Part shown: in pieces, positions 13,162 to 24,273 of the stretch
Position numbering within the stretch: the first letter of the stretch is position 1
Layout: every line of letters starts with the position of its first letter
Source of the DNA: Squalus acanthias
Lineage: Eukaryota
Length of the DNA stretch: 64,000 bases
Reading direction: 5' to 3'
Assembly (NCBI GenBank): GCA_030390025.1
Contig: JASTWF010000356.1
Span: 124,001-188,000, forward strand
Translations under genes and position numbers: made by a program
The notes under the pieces: generated by a model
Databases searched by the model: none
What the model was told of the DNA's origin: nothing
What the model saw: only the letters and a program-made list of their open reading frames with translations

Positions 13162-15069
13162 TCATGCGAGTGTCTCGTCTACCCGAGCATACTGGTCCCT
13201 CCAAACCTTTTGGGTTATTACTATTGCCTCGGGATCCCTTTTACTACACTGGACGCAAACCAGGTAGAGGACGTTCCTGAGCTGACAAATTACGAGTGCG
13301 TGTGATGCCAGATGAATCCAAGAGGAGACATCGATATTCTCAAAGATGTCCCACCAGGGTGGAGTCGTAATATTCAGAATATCGGCCCCTGTCTGGATAG
13401 TCTTCTGATCCAGTGTATAAAAATGCTTTTGCGACACCACTACGGCTTTTAATAGTTTAATGAGGTGTTCTGGGAGAGGGGAAATCTGGTAGCCGAAGTG
13501 AGCCACATACTTTTGGAGGTTGGTGAAATTCTCTCTTACAGTTAGGTGAACCGTGCATGGTTCAGAAATGGGGACAATTCGTTCCTGGGCCACTTGAACT
13601 TCTGCCTTGGGTTTAAAGGAGAAGCTGCTGTCAATCACCGCGCACCAGCTGTGCTGTCCGTGCTGGTAGTGAGACGCTCCTGTGGTGACACAATATGTCC
13701 CACCTCCTATATATGCTAACTGCGGGGGAACATGTCCTTGTGCCATGGCTTCCATGGTACAATTTATAGGTTTCGCGTCTGTAGCTCTGGACCCGCATTG
13801 TGGTTTCGAATAGGCATTCAAGTGCTGGGGACACAGGATGATGTGTACTCCCCGGCTACGGCACCCCGAGAGGTCTGTACCCGTCATAGCGTGATCCCAC
13901 TTTATGACGTAGGGCGGGAATGCTGTAAAACGAACGTGTGCACCCCACTGAATGACACCAATGTTCTCCACTCTGTATACCGGCGCGGGTCGGGCCGTCC
14001 CGCCCATGACCGACATCCTTACTATTATCCCTACGATAGTGTGGTTGGAACGTCCACAGTCCACTGGCACTGGGTAGGTAGGCCTCGGAAGCTAGTCGGA
14101 GCTGGCACGGGCTTAATGCGTTCTCAAAAGGGTGGAGGGCTGCGAGGTGCATGTTGCTGATCCAGGAGGGGACCTTACCCTGTTTTAAGTCCTCCACATT
14201 TCTGCGGCCCTCGCCTAGCAACCATGCCCCGTACAGTACGCACACCTCGTTTTGCGCAGCCTGTTCAGACGTATTCCGATCCTCCCTAATGAGCGCTTTC
14301 AGCGTCTTTGCATGTATCTCCAACTCCGCTATGATCTCCTTTAAATGGAGAGTCATGGCCTGGTCTTCATGCTGTTCCGAACCCACTACTTTATTCTCAT
14401 TATTTAAGACCTTCTTTAATTGGGTCTTCAGACCGTTGATCTGCGTCTGCAGTTCAATGTCGTCGAACCTATTAACAACTGAAGATCCCGCATTAAAACC
14501 AGATAAAACATCATTAACAATACCCCTTCTTTGTATCCCCACCCTGTCCCAAGCCTCGGGGCTATGTGTATACAATTTGGTCTTATCGATCTCCGCAAAA
14601 TCGAATTCGTCAAACTTTAGAAATGTTTCCCTTAAGAGGGCTTGATATAGTTTGGCGGTCTCTGCGGGGCACCACTTGGGCAAAGGAACCTCAGTGAGAT
14701 TTAAGATCACCGAGGCCAACGCGTAATTCACCCCTTGATAGAGCACCTGGTCTGTGGGCACCAGCACCAGGCCGTTCCCTGGTCCCTTTGTGGTGGCGGG
14801 ACATCCCTCTGCTGCATTCTGTGACGTTGGGGTCGTGGGCAGGGGCTGTCGGGGACGGGTCACTAATTCAGTGGCATTAACCGAGATTGGGGAGTATGGG
14901 ATCGCGCATGCGTCCAGGTGCGACCGCCAGTCCATCCCCCTACCGTTATCCTGCCACTGGCTGTGGAAAATGATGGAAATGCCCGTGGGGCAGAATCTCT
15001 CTGAACCCCACATACAGACATAGATCCCCATATCCGGATCCCACCATTTCTCCCAGCACACACATAACC
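13162..15069 (-). pseudogene. env: env, central and C-terminal part: C-half of the Ig-like domain, linker, F-like fusion module, TM; 4-bp frameshift near 14075
   Basis: ORFs 13856-15166 and 13162-14070 join after removing a CTAC duplication; QRR|GIVNDVLSGFNAG followed by heptads, a Cys-rich region, many NxS/T sites and a C-terminal hydrophobic segment. Confidence 0.85.
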
Positions 15070-15133
15070 ATAAATAACAACAGAAAACGCTGGAAAAACT
15101 CAGCAGGCCAGGCAGCATCCGTAGAGAGAGAAA

Positions 15134-15172
15134 GAGAGTTAACATTTCAGGTCGATGACCTTTCATCAGAAC
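15134..15172 (-). ncRNA. Minimal type I hammerhead ribozyme motif (Penelope terminus)
   Basis: AGTT-CTGATGA-A-AGGTC-ATC-GACCT-GAAA-TGTT-AACT. Confidence 0.7.
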
Positions 15173-17110
15173 TGGGGAGAGCCGGAAATCAAATAGATTT
15201 AAGGCCAGGGTAAAGCTCGGAAAAGGGGGAGGGGATAAAGGAACAAAGGGGGAGATGACGAGACATTAAGAGACATTAAGAGATATGCAAGGCTAGAGGT
15301 GGTGTTAATGTGACAGATTAAGGCTGAAAGAAGTGTGAAATCCACTGGCAGAATGAAGGACAGCTGCCAGCTTCTAGGAGGAAAAAAAAGAGGTGGGGAG
15401 GGGGGTGGCAAATAAAAGGCTGGAAAAAAATAAAATATAAATGTGATTGGAGCTGAGGTTATGATCTAAAATTGTTGAACTCGATATTGAGTCCAGAGGG
15501 CTGTAGCGTGCCTAAACGAAAGATGAGGTGCTGTTCCTCGAGCTTACGCTTACGCTGAGCTTCCGTGGAACAATGCAAGAGGTCAAGGACGGTGAGGTCA
15601 GAGTGGGAGTGAAGCGATGAATTAAAGTGACAGGCGACCGGGAGCTCGGGGTCCCCCTTACTGCGGGACTGAACGGAGGTGTTCCGCAAAGCGGTCACCC
15701 AATCTGCGTTTGGTCTCCCCAATGTCGAGGAGTCCACATCGTGAGCAGCGAATACAGTATACTAAATTGCAGGAAGAACAAATAAATCGCTGTTTCACCT
15801 GGAAGGGGTGTTTGGGGCCCTGGACAGTGGGAAGAGGGGAGGTATAAGAGCATGTGTTGCATCTCCTGCGTGTGCACGGGAAGGTGCCGGGCGAAAGGGA
15901 AGGGGTGCTGGGGGTGGTAGAGGAGTGGACTAGGGTGTCGCGGAGGGAGCGGTCCCTGCGGAATGCTGAAAGGGGAGGTGAGGGGAAGATGTGTTTGGTG
16001 GTGGGATCACGCTGGAGGTGGCGGAAATGGCGGAGGATGATCCGTTGAATGTGGAGGCTGGTGAGGTGAAAGGTGAGGACAAGGGGAACCCTATCGTGGT
16101 TCCGGGAGGGAGGGGCAGGGGTGAGGGCAGAAGTGCGGGAGATAGAACGGAAACGGTCGAGGGCCGTGTCGCCCACGGTAGAGGGGAATCCTCGTTTGAG
16201 GAAAAAGGAAGACATGTCGGAAGCACTGGTATGGAAGGTGGCATCATCAGAGCAGATGCGGCGGAGACGGAGAAACTGGGAGAATGGAATAGAGTCCTTA
16301 CAGGAGGCGGGGTGGGAGGAAGTGTAGTCCAGGTAGCTGTGGGAGTCAGTGGGCTTGTAGTGAATGTTAGTCAATAACCTATCCCCAGAGATGGAGATGG
16401 AGAAGTCGAGGAAGGGAAGGGAAGAGTCGGAGATGGACCATGTGAAGGTGAGGGAAAGGTGGAAATTGGAAGCATAGTGAATGGAATGTTCTAGTTCAGG
16501 GCGAGAGCAGGAGACGGCACCAATGCAGTCATCAATGTACCGGAAAAAGAGGTGAGGGAGGGGACCCGAGTAGGACTGGAACAAAGAGTGTTCCACATAT
16601 CCCACGAAAAGGCAGGCATAGCTGGGACGCATGCGGGTTCCCATACCAACACCGTTAATTTGGAGGAAATGGGTAGATTCAAAGGAGAAGTTGTTCAATG
16701 TGAGGACATGTTCAGCCAGGCGGAGGAGGGAGGTGGTGGATGGGGATTGTTTGGGCCTCTGTTCAAGGAAGAAGCGGAGCGCCCTCAGGCCATCCTGGTG
16801 GGGAATGGAGGTGTTCAACAATTTTAGATCATAACCTCAGCTCCAATCACATTTATATTTTATTTCCCCCCCCCTTTTATTTGCCCCCCCCCCCTTTTTT
16901 TTCCTCCTAGAAGCTGGCAGCTGTCCTTCATTCTGCCAGTGGATTTCACACTTCTTTCAGCCTTAATCTGTCACATTAACACCACCTCTAGCCTTGCATA
17001 TCTCTTAATGTCTCTTAATGTCTCTTCATCTCCCCCTTTGTTCCTTTATCCCCTCCCCCTTTTCCCAGCTTTCCCCTGGCCTTAAATCTATTTGATTTCC
17101 GGCTCTTCCC

Positions 17111-17148
17111 AGTTCTGATGAAAGGGCAGCGACCTGAAACGTTAACTC
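17111..17148 (+). ncRNA. Minimal hammerhead ribozyme motif (inverted Penelope terminus)
   Basis: AGTT-CTGATGA-AAGGGCAGCGACCT-GAAACGTT-AACT; palindromic stem III ACGT; stem II mutated. Confidence 0.65.
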
Positions 17149-17245
17149 TCTTTCTCTCTCCACGGATGCTGCCTGGCCTGCTGAGTTTTTCCAGCGTTTT
17201 CTGTTGTTATTTCGGATTTCCAGCATCCGCAGTATTTTGCTATCG

Positions 17246-17702
17246 ACACACATAACCCTACCTGGGTCCCCGTGATGGTCCTGTGGGTTTCGTTCCCTAA
17301 TCTTTCCAATTCTACCCTGGGTTTCCCCATGTCTTTGCTTAATTTTCTGAGCCACCACCACCTATCCAGGGGAACGTTGTCCTTACATGATAAACAAATT
17401 ACTTTGCCCACGGTGACGCTAATCCTTTGGGTGACGATTCTTATCCTCGTGCAATGGAGGGAGGCCTCCCCATATGTAAAACCGGGCTGGCTCGAGTACT
17501 GGGTCGAGTTTGACCCCAGCCATCCGGGCCAGCTTCCCTCGTGAGTGTACGAGGCAATTTCATCTGCCTCGCAAAGGCCACTTCCATCGTGGGCTTGGAG
17601 CGCCGTCCTTCCGGAGCATCCAAAGATGCGGTGGTCATCGGTGTTACCCCTTCTTGCGAGGCTCAGACTAGACAGGGCGAGGAAGATCAGTCCTCCGAAC
17701 AT
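17246..17702 (-). pseudogene. env: env N-terminal part (signal peptide, Cys-containing segment, N-half of the Ig-like domain)
   Basis: MFGGLIFLALSSLSLA signal-like start; fuses in frame (GTQVGLCV|CWEKWWD) with 15057 downward once the Penelope and one TSD copy are removed. Confidence 0.85.
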
Positions 17703-17717
17703 TTCCCTTTTATTTGC

Positions 17718-17737
17718 CTGAAAAAAATAAAGAACAT
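17718..17737 (-). promoter_or_regulatory. env splice acceptor
   Basis: Minus strand TGTTCTTTATTTTTTTCAG|GCAAATAAAAGGGAAATG, 15 nt before the env ATG. Confidence 0.75.
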
Positions 17738-17954
17738 CTAGCCAAGCTCCCTATAGGCACCTTGACTGGGGTGAAGTGTGAGCGGGTCCCTCGATCTCAG
17801 GACACATGGACAAACACACATACACTGGAACGGTTCCATCTTAAAACTGCTATACGGTTCCACACCTTAGAATCAAATTCAACACTCTAACTTAAAACTA
17901 CAAACTTCTCAGACAAATTTCTGTACATTCGCCGCCCGTCTCCGAGCGGCTAGC

Positions 17955-20620
17955 TTAAACTCTGTCAGGACTGCGGCAGGCTGCTCCCTGCAGCGTCTCT
18001 GTACGGACACTTACTTCTGGTCCCTCACATCCTGCGACTGTTGGCTGGGGACCATTTTCTTTTAACTTAACTTTTGCTCGGGAGGTCGCCCCTTTAAACT
18101 GGAGAGTCGGCGACCATTGGGTTGTCCGTGGGGACCTCCTAGGAAGTGCTCTAGGTGGGGCTAGCCTGGCGAGCGGATCCTTGCCGTGGGTCGCAGTCCT
18201 CGCTGGCTGTGGGCTTTTCCCCCGTGGCTCCTCCCCTCCCAAATCTGAGCTGGGGACAGGCAATCCCTCGCTACCTGCTGCTGTTGGCCGAGAATCCTCG
18301 TCTCCAGGTTCAAAACCTGGGTCGGGGGCGGGGCTATCTGGTTCGGGCTCCTCCTCCTCCCACCTGAGTCCCAGAAGAGAGTAGGGTGTGGTTTGAACAG
18401 GGGCCTGGGTGACTCCTCCCTCAACGCACGCAACTGTGCCTGCGTGTGTTGCCTGTGAGCTGAGACCTGCTGGGAGCTGAGGTCTTCTAACCTCGGTTTG
18501 GGTCCCAGCTGCCTGCGTCTTCGCCTCCGGCTTATACAGCTTGCACGGGTTTATGTGAAACCATTTCGTGCGCCAGGGCAAGTTTATTGCGTAAACCATG
18601 GGGCTGACTTTATCCACTATGCTAAAGGGTCCCATGCACAGTGGCTCAAAACTCCCCACGCGGGTGTAGTTCCTTACCATTTCCAGGTCCCCTATCTCCC
18701 ATTGATGTGTTTTATTAGGTTCGAGCAGCAGTCAGTTATTCCGATGCTGCTTCCCCATTCTACCTGCGGCTTGTTCATAAATCTGTTACAGGCGCTCAAG
18801 GAGTGTTCGGACGAATTGATCCCGGTTTACCTTCCGAAGCTGCCCTTCCGTAAGAGCTGTGGCTAGGACGTGGGTGGGGGTCCTCATGACCCTGCCGGTC
18901 ATGAGCTCGTGCGTGGAATACCCCGTACTCTTTGACTGATTGGCTCGGATCCCCATGAGGATTAGGGGCAGGACCTCCGCCCATTTTTGGGGCGAGTCCA
19001 TGGTCTCCTTCCTCAACTTTTCCTTGATGGTACGTTTCATACGTTCCACTATCCCTGAGGACTGTGGATTGTGGTCACGTGCCACTTCCCCTGAATACCG
19101 AGCAGCATAAGGGTGTTCTACATGACTTGGCCGGTGAAGTGACTTCCCTGTTCGGAATCCACAAACTGGGAAGTCCCCAGCGCGAGAACACCTCCCGTAC
19201 CAAGATCCTTGCAGTGCTCAGTGCTCTGGCTGTTCTACAGGGAAAGGCTTCTACCCACTTGGCGAACTCGTCCACCAGGACGAGGCAGTATTTGTAGCCT
19301 CCCTGGGCGGTGGGCAGGGGCCCGATTTAGTCGATCTGGATCGACTGCCATGGTCCCTCCACCCTCCTGACGTGTCTCATGGGCACCTTCCTACTGTGGG
19401 GGTCGGGGTTGTTTGCAGCGCACCCAAGACAGCTAGCACAGAACTCGCGGACGTCTTCCCGGAGTCCCGGCCACCATCCCGCCTGTTCCATCCATTGTCA
19501 GGTGGTCTCAGGCCCGGGGTGTCCCGCTCCCGGTCCCTCATGGGCAAGTTGAAGCAAAGCCCTCCGGTGCCGCTGTGGCACGACCCACTGTCCTTCTTTG
19601 AACAGCATGCCTTCCCTTATGGAGAGGGCTGCTGCGCTGTAAGGGCTTTCTTTCCTCCTACCCTCGCTCACTGCGATTGTGACGGTTTTCAGGACAGGGT
19701 CCTGGGCTTGGACCGTTTTAAGATCCAGGGCCAAATCTACCCCTATGCTCCTTGGTGTCCCATCCTTGCCTCTAACTGACGCCACGGGCCCGGACCCATA
19801 GGGGTCCCAGAAAATGCCAGCGCGGACCCCCTCCTTGGCCAGCGCGTTAGCTTGCTGGTTACCCTGGCCGCGGGGTTCTGTGGAGGAGTGAGCCTTCACC
19901 TTGTGGATGAAAACCTCGCCTTTCCTCCCCCGCGGCTGCCAGGATTTTTTCCAGCAAGGGTTTTACTGTTAAGGGCCTCCCGTCGGCGGAGGTAAAACCG
20001 CTAAGGGACCAGATTGCCAGGTATTCCGTGCACGAGTTGCAGGTCAACATACTGTCCGAGCAAATCGTGTATGGGGTGGGGAAGATTTAGGGGTGGGTAA
20101 CCACGTACACCACCGCGGTAGGCTCCGCCTGCTGGGCGCTCATGGTGCTGGGGAGCTTGATCGCCAAGGCAATGTTTGCCGTTGGGTCATTAACTCCACA
20201 CCCCGTGAGACGTTCGCCAGCGGATACCATGCTGGAACCGTTTACATAGATCTCGCGGCCTGTGGGATGTATGCCGGCCCGCAGACCAATGTTCACCTCC
20301 CATACCCCTTCAATGGAACACCGATGGGCTGTCCAAGGCTATACCATATTGGCTGCGAGCTTGGGCTCGCAAAGGCCCCTCGCCCTCAGATCCATCTGGG
20401 AAAAGAGGAGGGTCCAGCGCGCAATGCGTGCACTGCTGACTGTCCTATCTTTAATCCTCCCGTCCAGAAGCATCTGGGTGGACTTGTGGTGTGTGAGCTG
20501 TGTGATCGGGGATGTGCCTGTGAAGATCGATGAACTTTTCACAGCCCAGTACGTGGCCAGGAGGTGCCACTTACAAATTGAGTAGCTCCTCTCCACGTCA
20601 GTGAGTACTCCGGCATAAAA
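17955..20620 (-). pseudogene. pol: pol 3' part: rest of the tether, retroviral-type RNase H, integrase with GPF motif and long C-terminal extension
   Basis: IYVNGSS, SAQQAE, CSDS, KVKAHS, GNQQANALAK; HEGPGAGH...CASCLGC; PWQSIQID, LVDEFAKWVEAFP, NPQSSGIVERMKRTIK, MGPFSI; several frameshifts and stops. Confidence 0.9.
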
Positions 20621-22690
20621 GGACATCTAAAAAGGTGACTCAACCGTGGATAACAGGGGAAATTAGAGACAGCATAAAATCCAAAGATAGGGCGTATAAA
20701 ATAGCCAAAAAAAGCGCCAGAGCGGAAGATTGGGAACAGTTTAAGATAGAGCAAAGGAGGACAAAGGGCTTAATCAAGAGGGGCTAAATAGCTTACGAAA
20801 GCAAGCTGGCGGAAAATATAAAAACTAACTCCAAAAGCATTTATAAGTATATCAAGAGGAAAAGACTGGTGAAAACCAAAGTTGGCCCATTGCAGTCAGA
20901 TATGGGGGAATATATAACGGGAAATAAGGAAATGGCAGACCAACTAAATGCATACTTTGGGTCAGTCTTTACTAAGGAAGACACAAAAAACCTCCCTGGG
21001 AAATCGGGAAAAATAGGGACTTTGGCAAAGGAGGAACTGACGCAAATCAATATCTCTAAAGATATGGTGTTAAGGAAGCTAAAGGGATTGAATGCGGACA
21101 AATCCCCAGGGCCTGATAACATGCATCCTAGGGTACTGAAGGAGGTGGCCCTAGAGATAGCGGATGCACTAAGTATGATTTTTCAGAATTCATTAGACTC
21201 GGGAACAGTGCCCATGGATTGGGGGTAGCTAACGTTACCCCACTATTCAAAAAGGGGGGTATCGAAAAAGCAGGTAATTACAGACCTGTAAGCCTTACAT
21301 CAGTTGTGGGCAAAATGCTGGAGTCCATCATTAAGGATGAAATAGCGGAGCACTTAGCAAATGGGGACAGGATAGGACAGAGTCAACATGGATTTACAAA
21401 GGGTAAATCGTGCTTGACTAATCTATTGGAATTTTTTTGAGGGAGTAACTGGTAAAATAGATGGGGGAGAGCCAGTAGATGTGGTGTACCTGGACCTCCA
21501 AAAGGTCTTCGATAAGGTCCCACATAAAAGATTAGCAGGGAAAATTGAAGCTCATGGGATAAAGGGGAAAGTATTGACGTGGATAGTGAACTGGCTGTCA
21601 GATAGAAAACAGAGAGTTGGAATAAACGGCTCATTTTCTGAATGGCAGGCAGTAACAAGTGGGGTACCACAGGGATCTGTCCTGGGTCCCCAGCTGTTCA
21701 CAATTTACATTAATGACCTGGATCAGGGAGTCGGATGCAGCATTTCCAAATTTGCAGACGACACTAAACTAGGAGGGGGGGTGGGCTCAGAGGAGGAGAC
21801 CAGGAAGCTCCAGAGCGATTTGGACAGACTGGGTGATTGGGCGGACAAATGGCAGATGCACTATAATGTGGACAAGTGCGAAGTTATCCACCTTGGGTGC
21901 AGGAACGGGAGGGCAAATTATTATTTAAATGGCAATAAATTGGGAGAGGGGGAAGTACAGAGAGACCTGGGTGTTCTTGCACACCAGTCACTGAAGGCGA
22001 GAATGCAGGTGCAGCAGGCGGTCAAGAAGGCAAACGGTATGCTGGCCTTCATAGCAAAAGGGTTGGAATACAGGAACAGGGATACCTTGCTGCAGCTGTA
22101 CAGGGCACTGGTGAGACCACACCTCGAGTACTGTGTACAGTTTTGGTCGCCTCATCTGAGGAAAGATGTTCTTGCCATGGAGGGGGTGCAGCGGCGATTC
22201 ACCAGGCTGATACCAGGAATGGCGGGATTGACCTATGAGGAGAGACTATGTAGTTTAGGGATGCACACACTGGAGTTTAGAAGATTGAGAGGGGACCTCA
22301 TAGAAGTGTATAAAATTCTGACAGGTCTAGACAGACTAGATGCAGAAGGAATGTTTCCCTTGGCGGGTGAGAACAGAACTAGAGGACATAATTTAAGGAT
22401 AAGGGCTAAACCATTTATGACAGAAATGAGGGGGAATTTCTTCACTCAGAGGGTGGTGAACCTGTGGAACTCATTGCCACAGAGGGCAGTGTACGCCAGC
22501 TCATTAAATATATTTAAGAGGGAATTAGATATATTTCTACAGGCAAAAGGGGTTAAGGGTTACGGAGAGAAGGCGGGGACGGGATACTGAATTGGAGGAT
22601 CAGCCATGATCTCGTTGAATGGCGGAGCAGGCTCGAAGGGCCGGATGGCCTACTCCTGCTCCTATCTTCTATGTATCTATGTATCTATGT
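20621..22690 (+). mobile_element. 5'-truncated, relatively young CR1 LINE inserted in the pol tether domain
   Basis: 369-aa open RT C-half ([18 protein letters not shown]); (TCTATGTA)n tail; pol sequence RLRPV|YAGVLT is split around it. Confidence 0.95.
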
Positions 22691-24273
22691 AACACGGGCC
22701 TCAGCCTGCCGTGTCGCTCCTGGAGCAACACGGCACTGAGGCTGTCCCCGCTGGTCGCTACCTCCAGAAAGAACTCCCTCCCTCCATCTATCGCTCCCAG
22801 GGCTGGTGAGGTCTGCAGGTCCCTCTTTAGCTTGACAAATGCTGCCTGGCACCCCCCATCCCAAGACCACTCCACTCACTTATGTAGGAGTTGGAGCAGA
22901 GGGGCTGCCGTGGCTGCATAATCCTCGATAAAGTCTCTGCAGTACCCCGTTAGCCCTAAGAACGACCTCACACCACTCACAGTACTGGGGACCAGTAGCT
23001 CTTGGACCGCTTCCCTCCTTGCCTTATCTATGGCTCTCTCTCCTGCGCGGACGGTCAGGCCCAGCAATTTAACTTCCCGCTGGCCGATCTGCGCCTTCTT
23101 CGGGTTGACCTTAAACCCTATACTCTGCAGCAGCTCCAGCAATTCGGCCAGTAGCGGGCCATGCTCCCCGACTGAGTCGGTAAACAAGAGCAGGTCATCG
23201 AAATACTGCACCAACTTGGTGGGCTGACTAAATTCCTTTGAACTATTCGCCACGCACTGGTGGAAGTTGCTGGGGCTGTTATGAAAGCCTTGCGGCAAGC
23301 CGTTCCAAGTATACTGTTGCCCTTTAAAAGTAAAGGCGATCTTATACTGGTCTTCCCTCCTTAAGGGGATCGAGCAAAACCCATTCGAAATATCCAGCAC
23401 CGTGAACGTAGTCGCGGATGCTGGAATGCTTCCGATAAAGTCGGCAACTGCTGCCACCATGGGGGCACACGCGGGGATATTGCTGCTTAGAACCCGATAG
23501 TCCACCGTGGCTGTCCATGAATTGTCCGGTTTCCTGACCGGCCAAAGCGGAGAATTAACATGAGTGGCTATGGGCCTCCACACTCCCTGCTGTAACAGCG
23601 AGGATATGGCTATCTCCATATCAGGCTCTGCTTCCCTGTGGAAGATATAGTTCTTCTGGGGCCGGGCCATGGGGTCCTCCGCTACCCTGACCTCGAATCC
23701 AGTGACCCTCCCGCAGTCATGTTTGTGCGTGGCGAACGCAGCTAGGTGAGCCTGCACGAATGCATTAAATACCTCCGGGACACCCTCCACCATGAGCCCG
23801 AGGTCGTAACCTTCTTTCGGCTTCACAGTACACAGGGTTCCCTTCCCCTCCTTTCCTGCGATTACTACCACGCCGTTCTCCTTACCCGTATCAGCCCCCC
23901 AAAGGCAATGATTTCGGAGATCCACGAGGATCCCGTGGCCCACGATGAAGTCGGCCCCTAGGATCCCCTTTCCTCCCTCCGCTTCCCACCTCGCCAGGAC
24001 ACATGTCCACTTGGTCTGGAGTGGACCCAGGCGGACTGAGAGAGGTTTGGAGAATGCTCCCGCCTGTTCCTTGCCGGTGAACCCCGATAGAACGTATGGA
24101 CCCCCACTGGACAGAGGTGAGGTGGTGGGATTAGTTGCGTGGATTACAGTGCATGATGCCCCCGTATCCAGCAGATAAGTCCCTTTAACCTTCTCTACCT
24201 CCATCTGCACGAGCGGTCGCTTCCATCCATCATACCGGAGAGCACACAGGTAGACAGGCTGCGCGGCCTCCAG
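22691..24273 (-). pseudogene. pol: pol 5' part: aspartic protease, reverse transcriptase, start of the tether
   Basis: LLDTGAS, ILGADF, NSPLWPVRKPDNSW, LDISNGF, LPQGFHNSP, QYFDDLL, VRSFLGLTGYCR; in-frame premature TGA at 22876-22878. Confidence 0.95.

Larger units (their letters stand above)
15070..17245 (-). mobile_element. 5'-truncated Penelope-like element (RT C-half + GIY-YIG) with an inverted copy of its 3' end, inserted in env
   Basis: ORF 15658-16821 with GVGMGTRM, FFRYIDDC, FLDFSI and VYCIRCSRCGLLDIGETKRRLGDRFAEH; arms ~15073-15480 and ~16814-17210 are inverted; TSD ACACACATAACC at 15058-15069 and 17246-17257. Confidence 0.93.

Noticed and set aside
13856..15166. N-terminal hydrophobic leader (MKGHRPEMLTLFLSL...) of the 436-aa ORF as the env signal peptide
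   Set aside because: The first ~32 codons come from the Penelope terminus, not the virus
13162..17702. env as a domesticated syncytin-like host gene
   Set aside because: This copy is broken by a 2.2-kb Penelope insertion and a 4-bp frameshift; intact copies elsewhere cannot be assessed from this window
17142..17702. Separate 186-aa accessory ORF between pol and env
   Set aside because: Its last ~34 aa are Penelope-derived; the TSD shows it is the env N-terminus
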